DNA from: a virus
Lineage: Duplodnaviria; Heunggongvirae; Uroviricota; Caudoviricetes
Length of the DNA: 14,877 bases
Reading direction: 5' to 3' (one strand)
IMG/VR virus record: IMGVR_UViG_2703718796_000007
The notes under the pieces were generated by a model. It was given only the letters and a program-made list of their open reading frames with translations, searched no databases and was not told the DNA's origin. Shown here in pieces: positions 6,937-14,302 of this stretch. Each line of letters begins with the position of its first letter. Position 1 is the first letter of the stretch. A program made the position numbers and the translations under genes.

Positions 6937-7098
6937 ATGACAGCACAAATTGCAGCTTACGGGCGGCTGGTGGACGACCCGCAGGTAAAACAGAGCAGCA
7001 AGGGCACACCGGAGCCGCCAACGGAGAACTACGCAGACCTGAGAAATGCAGTAAATCGCACTTACGCAGACATGGGGCTGAGCAAATTAGCAGAGTAG
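6937..7098 (+). CDS. 53-aa ORF whose N-terminus resembles the start of SSB-type OB-fold proteins (possible remnant)
   Basis: Strong RBS (GAGGTGG, 4 nt, ATG). IAAYGRLVDDPQVK parallels the SSB N-terminal pattern hhGxLxxDPxV[RK], but the ORF is far too short for an OB fold. Absent from the ORF track because it is under 60 aa. Confidence 0.35.
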   Translation: MTAQIAAYGRLVDDPQVKQSSKGTPEPPTENYADLRNAVNRTYADMGLSKLAE

Positions 7099-7120
7099 GA
7101 ATATCAGAACCACACCATAC

Positions 7121-7150
7121 AGCCGGAGCAATCCGGCTTTTTGTTATTTT
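7121..7150 (+). terminator. Rho-independent terminator closing the early/replication operon
   Basis: AGCCGGA-gcaa-TCCGGCT followed by TTTTTGTTATTTTTT. Confidence 0.7.
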
Positions 7151-7263
7151 TTGTAAATTATTTGTTCGTGGTTGTTCCACGTTGTTCACTGAGCGGATCG
7201 GCATATTTTACCCGAACTGAATCATGATTATTCTCGCCCGTGGTGCCAGGACGCTGGGGCCAC

Positions 7264-7311
7264 TTTCCCGCCTGTTAATGTGCCCGCCAATATTCATTAC
7301 CAGGCGGGAAA
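7264..7311. promoter_or_regulatory. 11-bp perfect inverted repeat with a 26-bp spacer, upstream of the head operon
   Basis: TTTCCCGCCTG (7264-7274) and CAGGCGGGAAA (7301-7311). Confidence 0.4.
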
Positions 7312-7364
7312 ACGATCGGTGCGATTGCTGATTTCCTTATGAAAAACGGTTGAGTGTTTGCCGC

Positions 7365-7402
7365 GTCCTGGAGTTCCTTACTTAACCCCAGGACTTTTTT
7401 TT
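7365..7402 (+). terminator. Hairpin plus T8 tract abutting the capsid start codon; terminator- or attenuator-like, and sequesters the capsid Shine-Dalgarno
   Basis: GTCCTGG (7365-7371) pairs with CCAGGAC (7388-7394) across a 16-nt loop; T8 at 7395-7402; ATG at 7403. The AGGA at 7390-7393 lies in the 3' arm of the stem. Confidence 0.4.
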
Positions 7403-8560
7403 ATGCCGAGAATAATCGAATTACGCCAGCAGAAAACCGCCATTAAAAATCAGATGCGCGACATGCTGGAGAACGCTGAAAAAGAAAACCGCAGTCTTAA
7501 CGATGCTGAGGGCGCAAAATTTGACGAATTACGCGCTAAAGCTGAATCCCTCGATAAAGACATTTCCCGCCTTGAAGCCATTGCAGACGAAGAGCGCAGC
7601 AAGCCAGGTAAAAGCAGTCAGACCACTGACCCCGCAGAACTACGAAACTACATTCTGACGGGTGAAACCCGCGCATTAAGTACAGGCGTTCCCGCTGATG
7701 GTGGTTATACCGTTATCCCCGAACTGAACACCGAAATCATGCGAATGCTGGCGGATGAATCCACCATGCGCCGCATCTGTACCGTGAAGAAAATCAGCAG
7801 CAACGAGTTTAAGCAGCTTGTTTCCGCTGGCGGTGCGACCGTTAACCACGGTGAAGAGGGTAAGGCACGCGAACAGACCAGCACCCCGCAGATTAACGAG
7901 GTGAGCATTAAGCTGTATCCGGTCTATGCGTACCCGCGCACCACACAGGAAATCGTGGATTTTTCCGATGTGGACATCCTTTCATGGCTGACGGGCGAGA
8001 TTGGCGACACCTTCACGGAAACCGAAGAAAGCGATCTGGTTGTGGGCGACGGTGACAAAAAAGCAAAAGGCTTTTTATCCGTACCCCGTGCAGAGAAGAA
8101 CGACAAAGAGCGTGATTTTGGTACGTTGCAGGTAATTAAACCTTCCGAATCTCTGGCGTGGACATCTGCGGACCCGCTGATCGACCTGAAATTTGCATTA
8201 CGTAAAAAATACCGCAAGAACGCGGTATGGGTGGTTAACTCCACGACGGCGGCAAAACTCCAGAAGGTGAAGAATGCGAACGGGGATTATATATGGCGTG
8301 ACCGTTTACAGGCGGGTGATCCTGATACGTTGCTGGGCCTTCCGGTCGAATATCTGGAGTTTATGCCGGATAACGTTATTGCCCTGGGCGACTTTAAACG
8401 CGGTTACTACATCGTTGATCACGAAACAGGTGTTCGCACCAGACCGGACAACCTGACAGAACCAGGATTCATCAAAATTTTCACGCAAAAATATTTAGGC
8501 GGTGGCGTGGTGGATTCGAACGCGATCAAGATTCTGGAACTGCCACAGGACGACGATTAA
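7403..8560 (+). CDS. Major capsid protein, HK97 fold, with an N-terminal coiled-coil (scaffold-like delta) region
   Basis: 385 aa. N-terminal about 100 residues are charged and coiled-coil-like (ELRQQKTAIKNQMRDMLENAEKE...); the body contains VVGDGDKKAKGFL, matching the HK97 MCP family motif NGDGTG..L.GL. ATG at 7403 preferred over the TTG at 7358. Confidence 0.85.
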   Translation: MPRIIELRQQKTAIKNQMRDMLENAEKENRSLNDAEGAKFDELRAKAESLDKDISRLEAIADEERSKPGKSSQTTDPAELRNYILTGETRALSTGVPADGGYTVIPELNTEIMRMLADESTMRRICTVKKISSNEFKQLVSAGGATVNHGEEGKAREQTSTPQINEVSIKLYPVYAYPRTTQEIVDFSDVDILSWLTGEIGDTFTETEESDLVVGDGDKKAKGFLSVPRAEKNDKERDFGTLQVIKPSESLAWTSADPLIDLKFALRKKYRKNAVWVVNSTTAAKLQKVKNANGDYIWRDRLQAGDPDTLLGLPVEYLEFMPDNVIALGDFKRGYYIVDHETGVRTRPDNLTEPGFIKIFTQKYLGGGVVDSNAIKILELPQDDD

Positions 8561-8570
8561 CAGCATACAG

Positions 8571-8600
8571 AAGGGGCTAAAAAGCCCCTTTAGTGTTTTA
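8571..8600 (+). terminator. Hairpin with weak T-tract between the capsid and protease genes (possible partial terminator)
   Basis: AAGGGGCT-aaaa-AGCCCCTT followed by tagtgtttta. Confidence 0.45.
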
Positions 8601-8615
8601 TGGGTGAAAAAAATT

Positions 8616-9173
8616 ATGAAGAGTATGGAAATCCGGTCATCGGAAATCACCACCAGCGCCAGCAACACGCTTACAGGCTACGTTGTTCGCTGGGATAACC
8701 TTTCGGAACTGTTATGGGGGGAGTTTTACGAAAAATTCCAGCGGGGGGCGTTTACTGAGTGGCTTGCGGCGGGTAATGACGTTCGCGGCCTGTATGAGCA
8801 TGACCACAGCATGTTACTGGGGCGTACCCGTTCCGGCACGCTGAAACTGGAAGAGGACGAAACAGGGTTACGCTTTGAACTGACCCCACCGGATACCAGC
8901 ACAGGGCGGGACGTTATCGAACTGGTTAAACGTGGTGATATATCCGGCATGAGCTTTGGCTTTCGTTCCCGTAAGGATGTATGGGATACCACAACAGAAC
9001 CATGCGTGCGCACCGTGCTGGTGGCGGAACTGTACGAAATTACCGTTACATCCGTTCCGGCTTACCCTGATTCCGGCGTGGAGCTGGCCCGCCGTTCCCT
9101 GTATGAGCAGCACCCCGAAAAAATGCCGCGTGCGGATAATCGCCGCTGGTGGGTGGATTTAGCGGGGGTGTGA
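8616..9173 (+). CDS. Prohead maturation protease, HK97 family (S78-like)
   Basis: 185 aa. GLYEHDHSMLLGRT...LEEDETGL...GDISGMSFGF fits the HK97 prohead protease His and Ser motif context. In-frame ATG at 8616 (alternative 8625) chosen over the longer ORF from 8502. Confidence 0.8.
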   Translation: MKSMEIRSSEITTSASNTLTGYVVRWDNLSELLWGEFYEKFQRGAFTEWLAAGNDVRGLYEHDHSMLLGRTRSGTLKLEEDETGLRFELTPPDTSTGRDVIELVKRGDISGMSFGFRSRKDVWDTTTEPCVRTVLVAELYEITVTSVPAYPDSGVELARRSLYEQHPEKMPRADNRRWWVDLAGV

Positions 9174-9174
9174 T

Positions 9175-10386
9175 ATGTGGCCTTTCAGAAGAAAAAAAGA
9201 GCAGCGCAGCATGACGCTTGATGAATTTATGGCGCTGGCTGGCACATCGAACACGGGGGCGGGTGAGTACGTATCATCGGGGACAGCGGAATCACTGCCC
9301 GCCGTCATGAACGCCGTCACGGTCATCTCTGAGGCGGTGGCTACCATGCCGTGTTACCTGTACCTGGTACGCAATGAGAAGGGGAAGGAGGCCCGCGAGT
9401 GGCTTGATTCTCATCCGGTCGATCACATCCTCAACGAGCGCCCGAACGCATGGCAAACCCCCTACCAGTTTAAGCGAATGATGATCCGCCACTGCCTGTT
9501 AAACGGTAATGCTTATGCGGTGATTCAGTGGGGGCGTGATGGTTTTCCGGCGGCTTTACATCCTTACCCGCCGCAGTCGGTGAACGTGGAGCAGACAGGA
9601 GAACACAACTGGCGCTATTGCATCACTGACGCCTACACCGGAAACACCCGCAACTATTTACCGTGGGAAGTACTTCACCTTCGTTACTCCACGGATGACG
9701 GCTTTATGGGGCGCTCACCTGTAACCATCTGCCGCGAATCGCTGGGGCTTGGGCTGGCCCAACAACGCCACGGCGCGAGCGTGATGCGTGATGGCATGAT
9801 GGCGGCAGGGGTTATCACGTCAGGCGAATGGCTGGACGGCGTGAAAGGCAAACAGGCATTAGCCGCACTGGAACGCTACAAAGGGGCCAGAAACGCCGGA
9901 AAAACGCCCATCCTTGAAGGGGGCATGAGTTACCAGCAGCTGGGCATGAGTAACCAGGACGCCGAATGGCTGGCCTCCCGTCGCTTCACCATTGAAGACA
10001 TCGCCCGAATGTTCAACGTCTCGCCGATTTTTCTGCAGGAATACAGCAACAGCACCTACAGCAATTTCAGCGAGGCAAGCCGCGCATTTCTCACCATGAC
10101 GATGCGCCCGTGGCTGGCGAACTTTGAGCAGCAGATAAAAAACGCCTTGCTGGTGGTCTCGCCTGTACCTGGTATCCGGTATCAGGTGGAGTTTGACAGC
10201 GCGGACCTGTTACGGGCCACACCTGGCGAACGCTTTGCCACCTATGAGCGAGGCATCAAATCCGGTGTTATGTGCCCGAACGAAGCCCGCGAACGAGAAG
10301 GGTTGTCTCCGCGTGATGGTGGTGATGAGTTCAGCCAGGCATGGAAACAGGAAGTAAAAATCAGCGAGGGAGAAAAACCGGAATGA
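9175..10386 (+). CDS. Portal protein, HK97 family
   Basis: 403 aa; size, position and composition fit phage portal proteins. GGGGG Shine-Dalgarno 6 nt upstream; 2-nt gap after the protease stop. Confidence 0.8.
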   Translation: MWPFRRKKEQRSMTLDEFMALAGTSNTGAGEYVSSGTAESLPAVMNAVTVISEAVATMPCYLYLVRNEKGKEAREWLDSHPVDHILNERPNAWQTPYQFKRMMIRHCLLNGNAYAVIQWGRDGFPAALHPYPPQSVNVEQTGEHNWRYCITDAYTGNTRNYLPWEVLHLRYSTDDGFMGRSPVTICRESLGLGLAQQRHGASVMRDGMMAAGVITSGEWLDGVKGKQALAALERYKGARNAGKTPILEGGMSYQQLGMSNQDAEWLASRRFTIEDIARMFNVSPIFLQEYSNSTYSNFSEASRAFLTMTMRPWLANFEQQIKNALLVVSPVPGIRYQVEFDSADLLRATPGERFATYERGIKSGVMCPNEAREREGLSPRDGGDEFSQAWKQEVKISEGEKPE

Positions 10387-10721
10387 ACATAGGGCGACTG
10401 CGTGACAGGGTAACGATTCAGACCCTGAAACAGACCAGAGCCATGACGGGCGAAATACTCGAAACGTGGGAGGACGGTCACACACTCTGGGCAAGCGTGA
10501 ACATGGTCAGCAGCAAGGAGGCCATTTCATCGGGTGCAGAGCTGGCGATTGGTACCGTAAGGATCTGGATACGGTACCGGAAGGACATCAACGCCACCAG
10601 CCGGATAAAGGTCAATACGGGGCCGCTGGCGGGGCGTGTACTGAATATCATCGGGCAGCCGCTGCCGGATGCCGCCAGGACACGCCTTGAAATTCTTTGT
10701 CGTGAGGGCGCGGAAAAATGA
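10383..10721 (+). CDS. Head closure / head-tail joining protein
   Basis: 112 aa from the ATGA overlap with the portal stop. GRLRDRVTIQ...LWASVNMVSSKEAISSGAELAIGTVRIWIRYRKDI...RVLNIIG matches the head-tail joining family pattern. Confidence 0.75.
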   Translation: MNIGRLRDRVTIQTLKQTRAMTGEILETWEDGHTLWASVNMVSSKEAISSGAELAIGTVRIWIRYRKDINATSRIKVNTGPLAGRVLNIIGQPLPDAARTRLEILCREGAEK

Positions 10722-11014
10722 CAGAAGAACTTATCACCCTGGAAGAAGTGAAACTCCATTGCCGCATCGATGGCGACGAGGAAGACCAGTTAATCAGCGG
10801 ATACATTGCCGCATCGCTTGAGGCGTGCCAGATACACATAGGCAGGCGCTTTGATGACGGGCTGGAGTTCACGCCAGCCATAAAGATTGGCTGCATGATG
10901 TTTATCGCTCACCTGTATGAGAATCGCCAGATTGTCGCGGATAACGCAAAAACACACGTACCCATGACGATTGGCGCACTCTGGACGGCTTACCGTGATG
11001 TGGGGGTGTACTGA
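10718..11014 (+). CDS. gp6-like head-tail connector (adaptor) protein
   Basis: 98 aa; LITLEEVKLHCRIDGDEEDQLISGYIAAS...FIAHLYENRQ matches the gp6-like connector pattern. Confidence 0.75.
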   Translation: MTEELITLEEVKLHCRIDGDEEDQLISGYIAASLEACQIHIGRRFDDGLEFTPAIKIGCMMFIAHLYENRQIVADNAKTHVPMTIGALWTAYRDVGVY

Positions 11015-11454
11015 TGCCGTGGCAACCATTAAGACGATGTACAGAACCAGGCTGCAACAGGCGCGTGAAGTCCGGCAAGTGTGAGGAGCACAGACGCAGC
11101 GCACGCCAGCAGCAGGACAGCCGGAGAGGCAGCAGCAGGGAGCGAGGGTATACGAGGCAGTGGGAGAAATACCGCGCCATGTATCTGAGTAAAAACCCGT
11201 TATGTGCGCATTGCCTGGAAAAAGGAATATACACGCCCGCCGTGGTGGTGGATCACATTATCCCAATCGATGGCGGTAATGATGTTCTCTTCTGGCCTGA
11301 GTGGAATCATCAGCCATTGTGCCAGGCGTGTCATAACCAGAAAACGAAATGGCTTGATCCGTCCACAAAAAACAAGCGTGCTGCGGGTGGATTCCGTGAG
11401 GAGGAAGAACGGGCCGCTAACCGCAATAACTGGATGTATGGCGCTGATGAATGA
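11014..11454 (+). CDS. HNH endonuclease (packaging-associated)
   Basis: 146 aa. CAHCLEKGIYTPAVVVDHIIPIDGGNDVLFWPEWNHQPLCQACHNQK is an HNH motif with Cys pairs; it sits immediately upstream of terS/terL, as in cos-type HK97-like packaging modules. Confidence 0.85.
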   Translation: MPWQPLRRCTEPGCNRRVKSGKCEEHRRSARQQQDSRRGSSRERGYTRQWEKYRAMYLSKNPLCAHCLEKGIYTPAVVVDHIIPIDGGNDVLFWPEWNHQPLCQACHNQKTKWLDPSTKNKRAAGGFREEEERAANRNNWMYGADE

Positions 11455-11620
11455 GCGGGAACAAAACCGCCTTATCCGTGGACTTATAAGGCAGCGTGAC
11501 GCATGGAAGGCACAGGAAACAGGGCATAAAGATAAAGCATCAGGACGCGCAGAACGCATCACAGCGACGCGATTAAACGACCGTGACCGCGAGGTTATGG
11601 AATGTTTCCGCAATCGCTGA
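11438..11620 (+). CDS. Possible small basic protein (60 aa) between HNH and terS
   Basis: In-frame ATG inside the longer ORF 11204..11620; overlaps the HNH 3' end by 17 nt. No recognisable RBS; weakly supported. Confidence 0.25.
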   Translation: MALMNEREQNRLIRGLIRQRDAWKAQETGHKDKASGRAERITATRLNDRDREVMECFRNR

Positions 11621-11630
11621 TGAGGCAGCC

Positions 11631-11673
11631 GGACGGGGTGGGGGGAGTTTTCAGGACGAACCCGACCCCGCCC
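11631..11673. other. Candidate cos / terminase recognition site (G-rich and C-rich imperfect dyad)
   Basis: GGACGGGGTGGGGGG (11631-11645) and CCCGACCCCGCCC (11661-11673) form an imperfect inverted repeat in the HNH-terS gap, followed by A/T tracts. The position is typical for cos in HNH-dependent packaging systems. Confidence 0.35.
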
Positions 11674-11742
11674 AGAACCGAACGCCTCCTCAAATTTTTA
11701 TGCACGGGAATTTTTTGAAAAATAATCTGGCGAAAAATAAGC

Positions 11743-12099
11743 ATGTCAAGACCACCGAAAGCCCCCGCCTACCTGGATGATATCGCCGTGAAGCAGTGGC
11801 GGGAAAAATCTAGGCAGCTTGCGGAACGGGGAGACCTGACCCCCGCCGACTGGAGCAATCTGGAACTGTATTGTGTCAACTACTCCATTTACCGGAAAGC
11901 CGTTGCAGACCTTGCGGCGCGCGGGTTCAGCATTGTTAACAGTCAGGGCGGCGAGAGCAGAAACCCCGCATTAAGCGCAAAATCCGACGCTGAAAGAGTG
12001 ATGATAAAAATGGCCTCCTTGCTCGGTTTTGACCCGATAAGCCGCCGTAAAAATCCACCGGAAACAGAAGAAGAGGACGAGCTTGACCGCCTGGAATAA
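11743..12099 (+). CDS. terS: Terminase small subunit, P27 family
   Basis: 118 aa; LTPADWSNLELYCVNYSIYRKA...NPALSAKSDAERVMIKMASLLGFDPISRRK matches the P27-type TerS pattern; acidic C-terminus. Confidence 0.8.
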   Translation: MSRPPKAPAYLDDIAVKQWREKSRQLAERGDLTPADWSNLELYCVNYSIYRKAVADLAARGFSIVNSQGGESRNPALSAKSDAERVMIKMASLLGFDPISRRKNPPETEEEDELDRLE

Positions 12100-13744
12100 G
12101 TACGCAGAAGACGTAAAAACGGGCAAAATTCCGGCCTGTAAACGGCTGAAACAGGCCGTTAAACGGTACTTTTCGGACCTTGAAAGCCCCCTTTACACGT
12201 TCGATCGTGAGGTTGTGGAGCGGTTTATTGCCTTTTCCAGGGTGTGCCCGCACGTAAAAGGGCCGATGCGTGGCAGACCCATTGAGCTGGAGCCGTGGCA
12301 GCAGTTCGCCTTTGCGTGCATCCTCGGCTTTAAGGTTAAGGCCACCGGACGGCGCAAATACACGAGCGCCTTTATCGAAGTGCCGCGCAAAAATGCGAAA
12401 TCCACGACCGCCGCGATTCTGGCTAACTGGTTTCTGATTATGGAGAACGGGCAGCAGGATATTTACACCGCAGCGGTGAGCCGTGACCAGGCGCGGATCG
12501 TTTTTGATGATGCGCGTCAGATGTGCCTTTTATCCCGACCGTTACGCAGGCGGGTGAATATTCAGGCCCACAAGGTGATGCACCCGAAAAGCAACAGCCT
12601 GTTAAAGCCGCTGGCAGCAAAAGCGGCAACCATCGAGGGCACAAACCCCAGCCTTTCCATCGTGGACGAATACCACCTACACCCCGATAACGGCGTTTAT
12701 TCCGCGCTTGAGCTGGGGATGGGCGCACGTCCCGAAGGGCTGTTATTTGCCATTACCACATCGGGCAGTAACGTCGTTTCAGCCTGTAAGCAGCACTATG
12801 ATTATTGCTGCCAGATCCTGGACGGCGAAGAGGTCAACGATTCAATTTTTGTACTGATTTACGAGCTGGACGACGAAAACGAGGTTGATGATCCGGCGAT
12901 GTGGATAAAGGCTAACCCTAACATCGATGTTTCCGTGGATCGTGAAAAACTGGCCTCAACCATCCAGAAAGCGCGGGGTATTCCGTCGCAATGGGTGGAG
13001 ATGATGACAAAGCGATTTAATATCTGGTGCCAGGGGGCTACCCCGTGGATGGGTAACGGCGCATGGGCTGAGTGTGCCGGAACGTTCACGGAGGAAGATT
13101 TACACGGGCAGGAGTGTTACGCGGGGCTGGACTTATCATCAACCAGCGATATTTCCAGCGTGTGCTATGCCTTTCCGGTCGGTAAAAATATCATGCTGGT
13201 TTCCCGTCATTATCTGCCGGAGTTCCAGCTACAGAACCCCGCCAATAAAAACCGCGCTGTCTATCGCCAGTGGGCTAAAGCGGGCTGGATACGCACAACG
13301 CCAGGTGACTGCATTGATTACGACCGGATCAGAGATGACATCATGCAGGATGCGGAGAAATTTAATATCAGGCTGGTGGGCTTTGATACGTGGAACGCCA
13401 CGCATCTCAGGACGCAATTACAGGGGGCAGGCTTTGAGGTGGAGCCGTTCCCGCAAACCTACCTCAGATTCAGTCCGGCGGCGAAATCGTTCGAAGTTTT
13501 TGTTAACCGCAGGGTGATTGTGCATCGTGGCGATCCGGTGTTGTCCTGGTCGATGAGTAACGTCGTGATGCAGAGTGACGCGAACGCCAATATCAAGCCG
13601 AACAAGAAAAAATCACCGAACAAGATAGACCCGAGCGTAGCTGCGCTGATGGCGTTTGGTACATTCCAGGCAGAGCATGAGGATTTTGCTTTTGATATAA
13701 GCGACAGCCACCGCCAGAAACTGGAAGAATTTAGCGGGGTGTAA
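12083..13744 (+). CDS. terL: Terminase large subunit
   Basis: 553 aa; Walker A-like VPRKNAKST in the N-terminal ATPase domain and a C-terminal nuclease-domain-sized region; overlaps the terS end by 17 nt. Confidence 0.9.
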   Translation: MTAWNKYAEDVKTGKIPACKRLKQAVKRYFSDLESPLYTFDREVVERFIAFSRVCPHVKGPMRGRPIELEPWQQFAFACILGFKVKATGRRKYTSAFIEVPRKNAKSTTAAILANWFLIMENGQQDIYTAAVSRDQARIVFDDARQMCLLSRPLRRRVNIQAHKVMHPKSNSLLKPLAAKAATIEGTNPSLSIVDEYHLHPDNGVYSALELGMGARPEGLLFAITTSGSNVVSACKQHYDYCCQILDGEEVNDSIFVLIYELDDENEVDDPAMWIKANPNIDVSVDREKLASTIQKARGIPSQWVEMMTKRFNIWCQGATPWMGNGAWAECAGTFTEEDLHGQECYAGLDLSSTSDISSVCYAFPVGKNIMLVSRHYLPEFQLQNPANKNRAVYRQWAKAGWIRTTPGDCIDYDRIRDDIMQDAEKFNIRLVGFDTWNATHLRTQLQGAGFEVEPFPQTYLRFSPAAKSFEVFVNRRVIVHRGDPVLSWSMSNVVMQSDANANIKPNKKKSPNKIDPSVAALMAFGTFQAEHEDFAFDISDSHRQKLEEFSGV

Positions 13745-13757
13745 TGAGGTCAGCAGC

Positions 13758-14039
13758 ATGACAGAAGCCGAAATACTGGGATTAATCCGCCGCGTCTCTG
13801 GAATCAGCCAGCAGCATGACGAACAGGGCACGCAACCGGACAGCGTGACCGCTGAAAATTATGCGCGTGTTGTTGCTGAGGTGATGCGCCGTGATGGTAT
13901 TGAGCTTAACGGCGTGGATATGCGCAACATACGAACCAGAGTCCTTGAGTTGCTGGCATACCGTCGCCGCGTGGAGATGTATCGGGAGAAGGAGAAAATC
14001 ACGTACCACTGGAAGAAGCCGGAGCGGTTACGGCGGTAA
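13758..14039 (+). CDS. Hypothetical 93-aa protein, last gene of the packaging operon
   Basis: GAGG Shine-Dalgarno 8 nt upstream; basic C-terminus. Family not recognised. Confidence 0.5.
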   Translation: MTEAEILGLIRRVSGISQQHDEQGTQPDSVTAENYARVVAEVMRRDGIELNGVDMRNIRTRVLELLAYRRRVEMYREKEKITYHWKKPERLRR

Positions 14040-14121
14040 CTCACTGAGATTAAAGCAAAGCGCGAAATTGCGCTGGCTGAATGATCATTATGATTACTTA
14101 TGTTTACGCAGATGATTAAGG
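14032..14121. repeat. Long direct repeat, copy 1, containing the stem-loop AGCGC-GAAATT-GCGCT and the palindrome AATGATCATT
   Basis: ggcggtaact...ttaaagcaaagcgcgaaattgcgctggctgaatgatcattatgattac[ttatgtttac]gcagatgattaagg; near-identical to 14164..14243 apart from a 10-bp insertion. Confidence 0.8.
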
Positions 14122-14163
14122 CCTAAACCGTTGATTATTCACAATCCCCCATTGGGGGAAGCT

Positions 14164-14243
14164 GGCGGTAACTGGTTGAACTTAAAGCAAAGCGCAAAAT
14201 TGCGCTGGCTGAATAATCATTATGATTACGCAGATGATTAAGG
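14164..14243. repeat. Long direct repeat, copy 2
   Basis: ggcggtaact...ttaaagcaaagcgcaaaattgcgctggctgaataatcattatgattacgcagatgattaagg. Confidence 0.8.
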
Positions 14244-14282
14244 AATGACCGAAGGCGGAAATTCGCCTGTGGTTGATGGGGG

Positions 14283-14302
14283 GAGTTGCAGATCTGCAAC
14301 TC
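14283..14302. repeat. 20-bp perfect palindrome GAGTTGCAGATCTGCAACTC, centred on GATC
   Basis: Exact dyad symmetry read from the sequence, within a 430-bp non-coding stretch dense with other inverted repeats (for example 14253-14268, 14379-14399, 14403-14426). Confidence 0.8.

Noticed and set aside
7358-7402. TTG start at 7358 for the capsid gene
   Set aside because: It would translate through the hairpin and T8 tract (PGLFF); the ATG at 7403 gives a typical MCP N-terminus.
8502-8615. Upstream extension of the protease ORF to 8502
   Set aside because: It overlaps the capsid gene's 3' end and the intergenic hairpin; the in-frame ATG at 8616 gives a protease-like N-terminus.
10341-10382. ATG at 10341 as the start of the head-closure gene
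   Set aside because: It lies inside the portal gene; the ATGA-coupled start at 10383 matches the family's N-terminus (MNIGRLRDRVTIQ).
11204-11620. 138-aa ORF overlapping HNH in another frame
   Set aside because: Its first two-thirds is Trp- and Ser-rich junk inside the HNH gene. Only the last 60 codons are kept, as a low-confidence small ORF.
12193-13517. ORFs inside terL (12193..12405 -, 12438..12728 -, 12859..13089 -, 13229..13417 -, 13074..13517 +)
   Set aside because: They overlap a well-supported terminase large subunit gene; Arg/Ser/Pro-rich translations typical of off-frame reading of GC-rich coding sequence.
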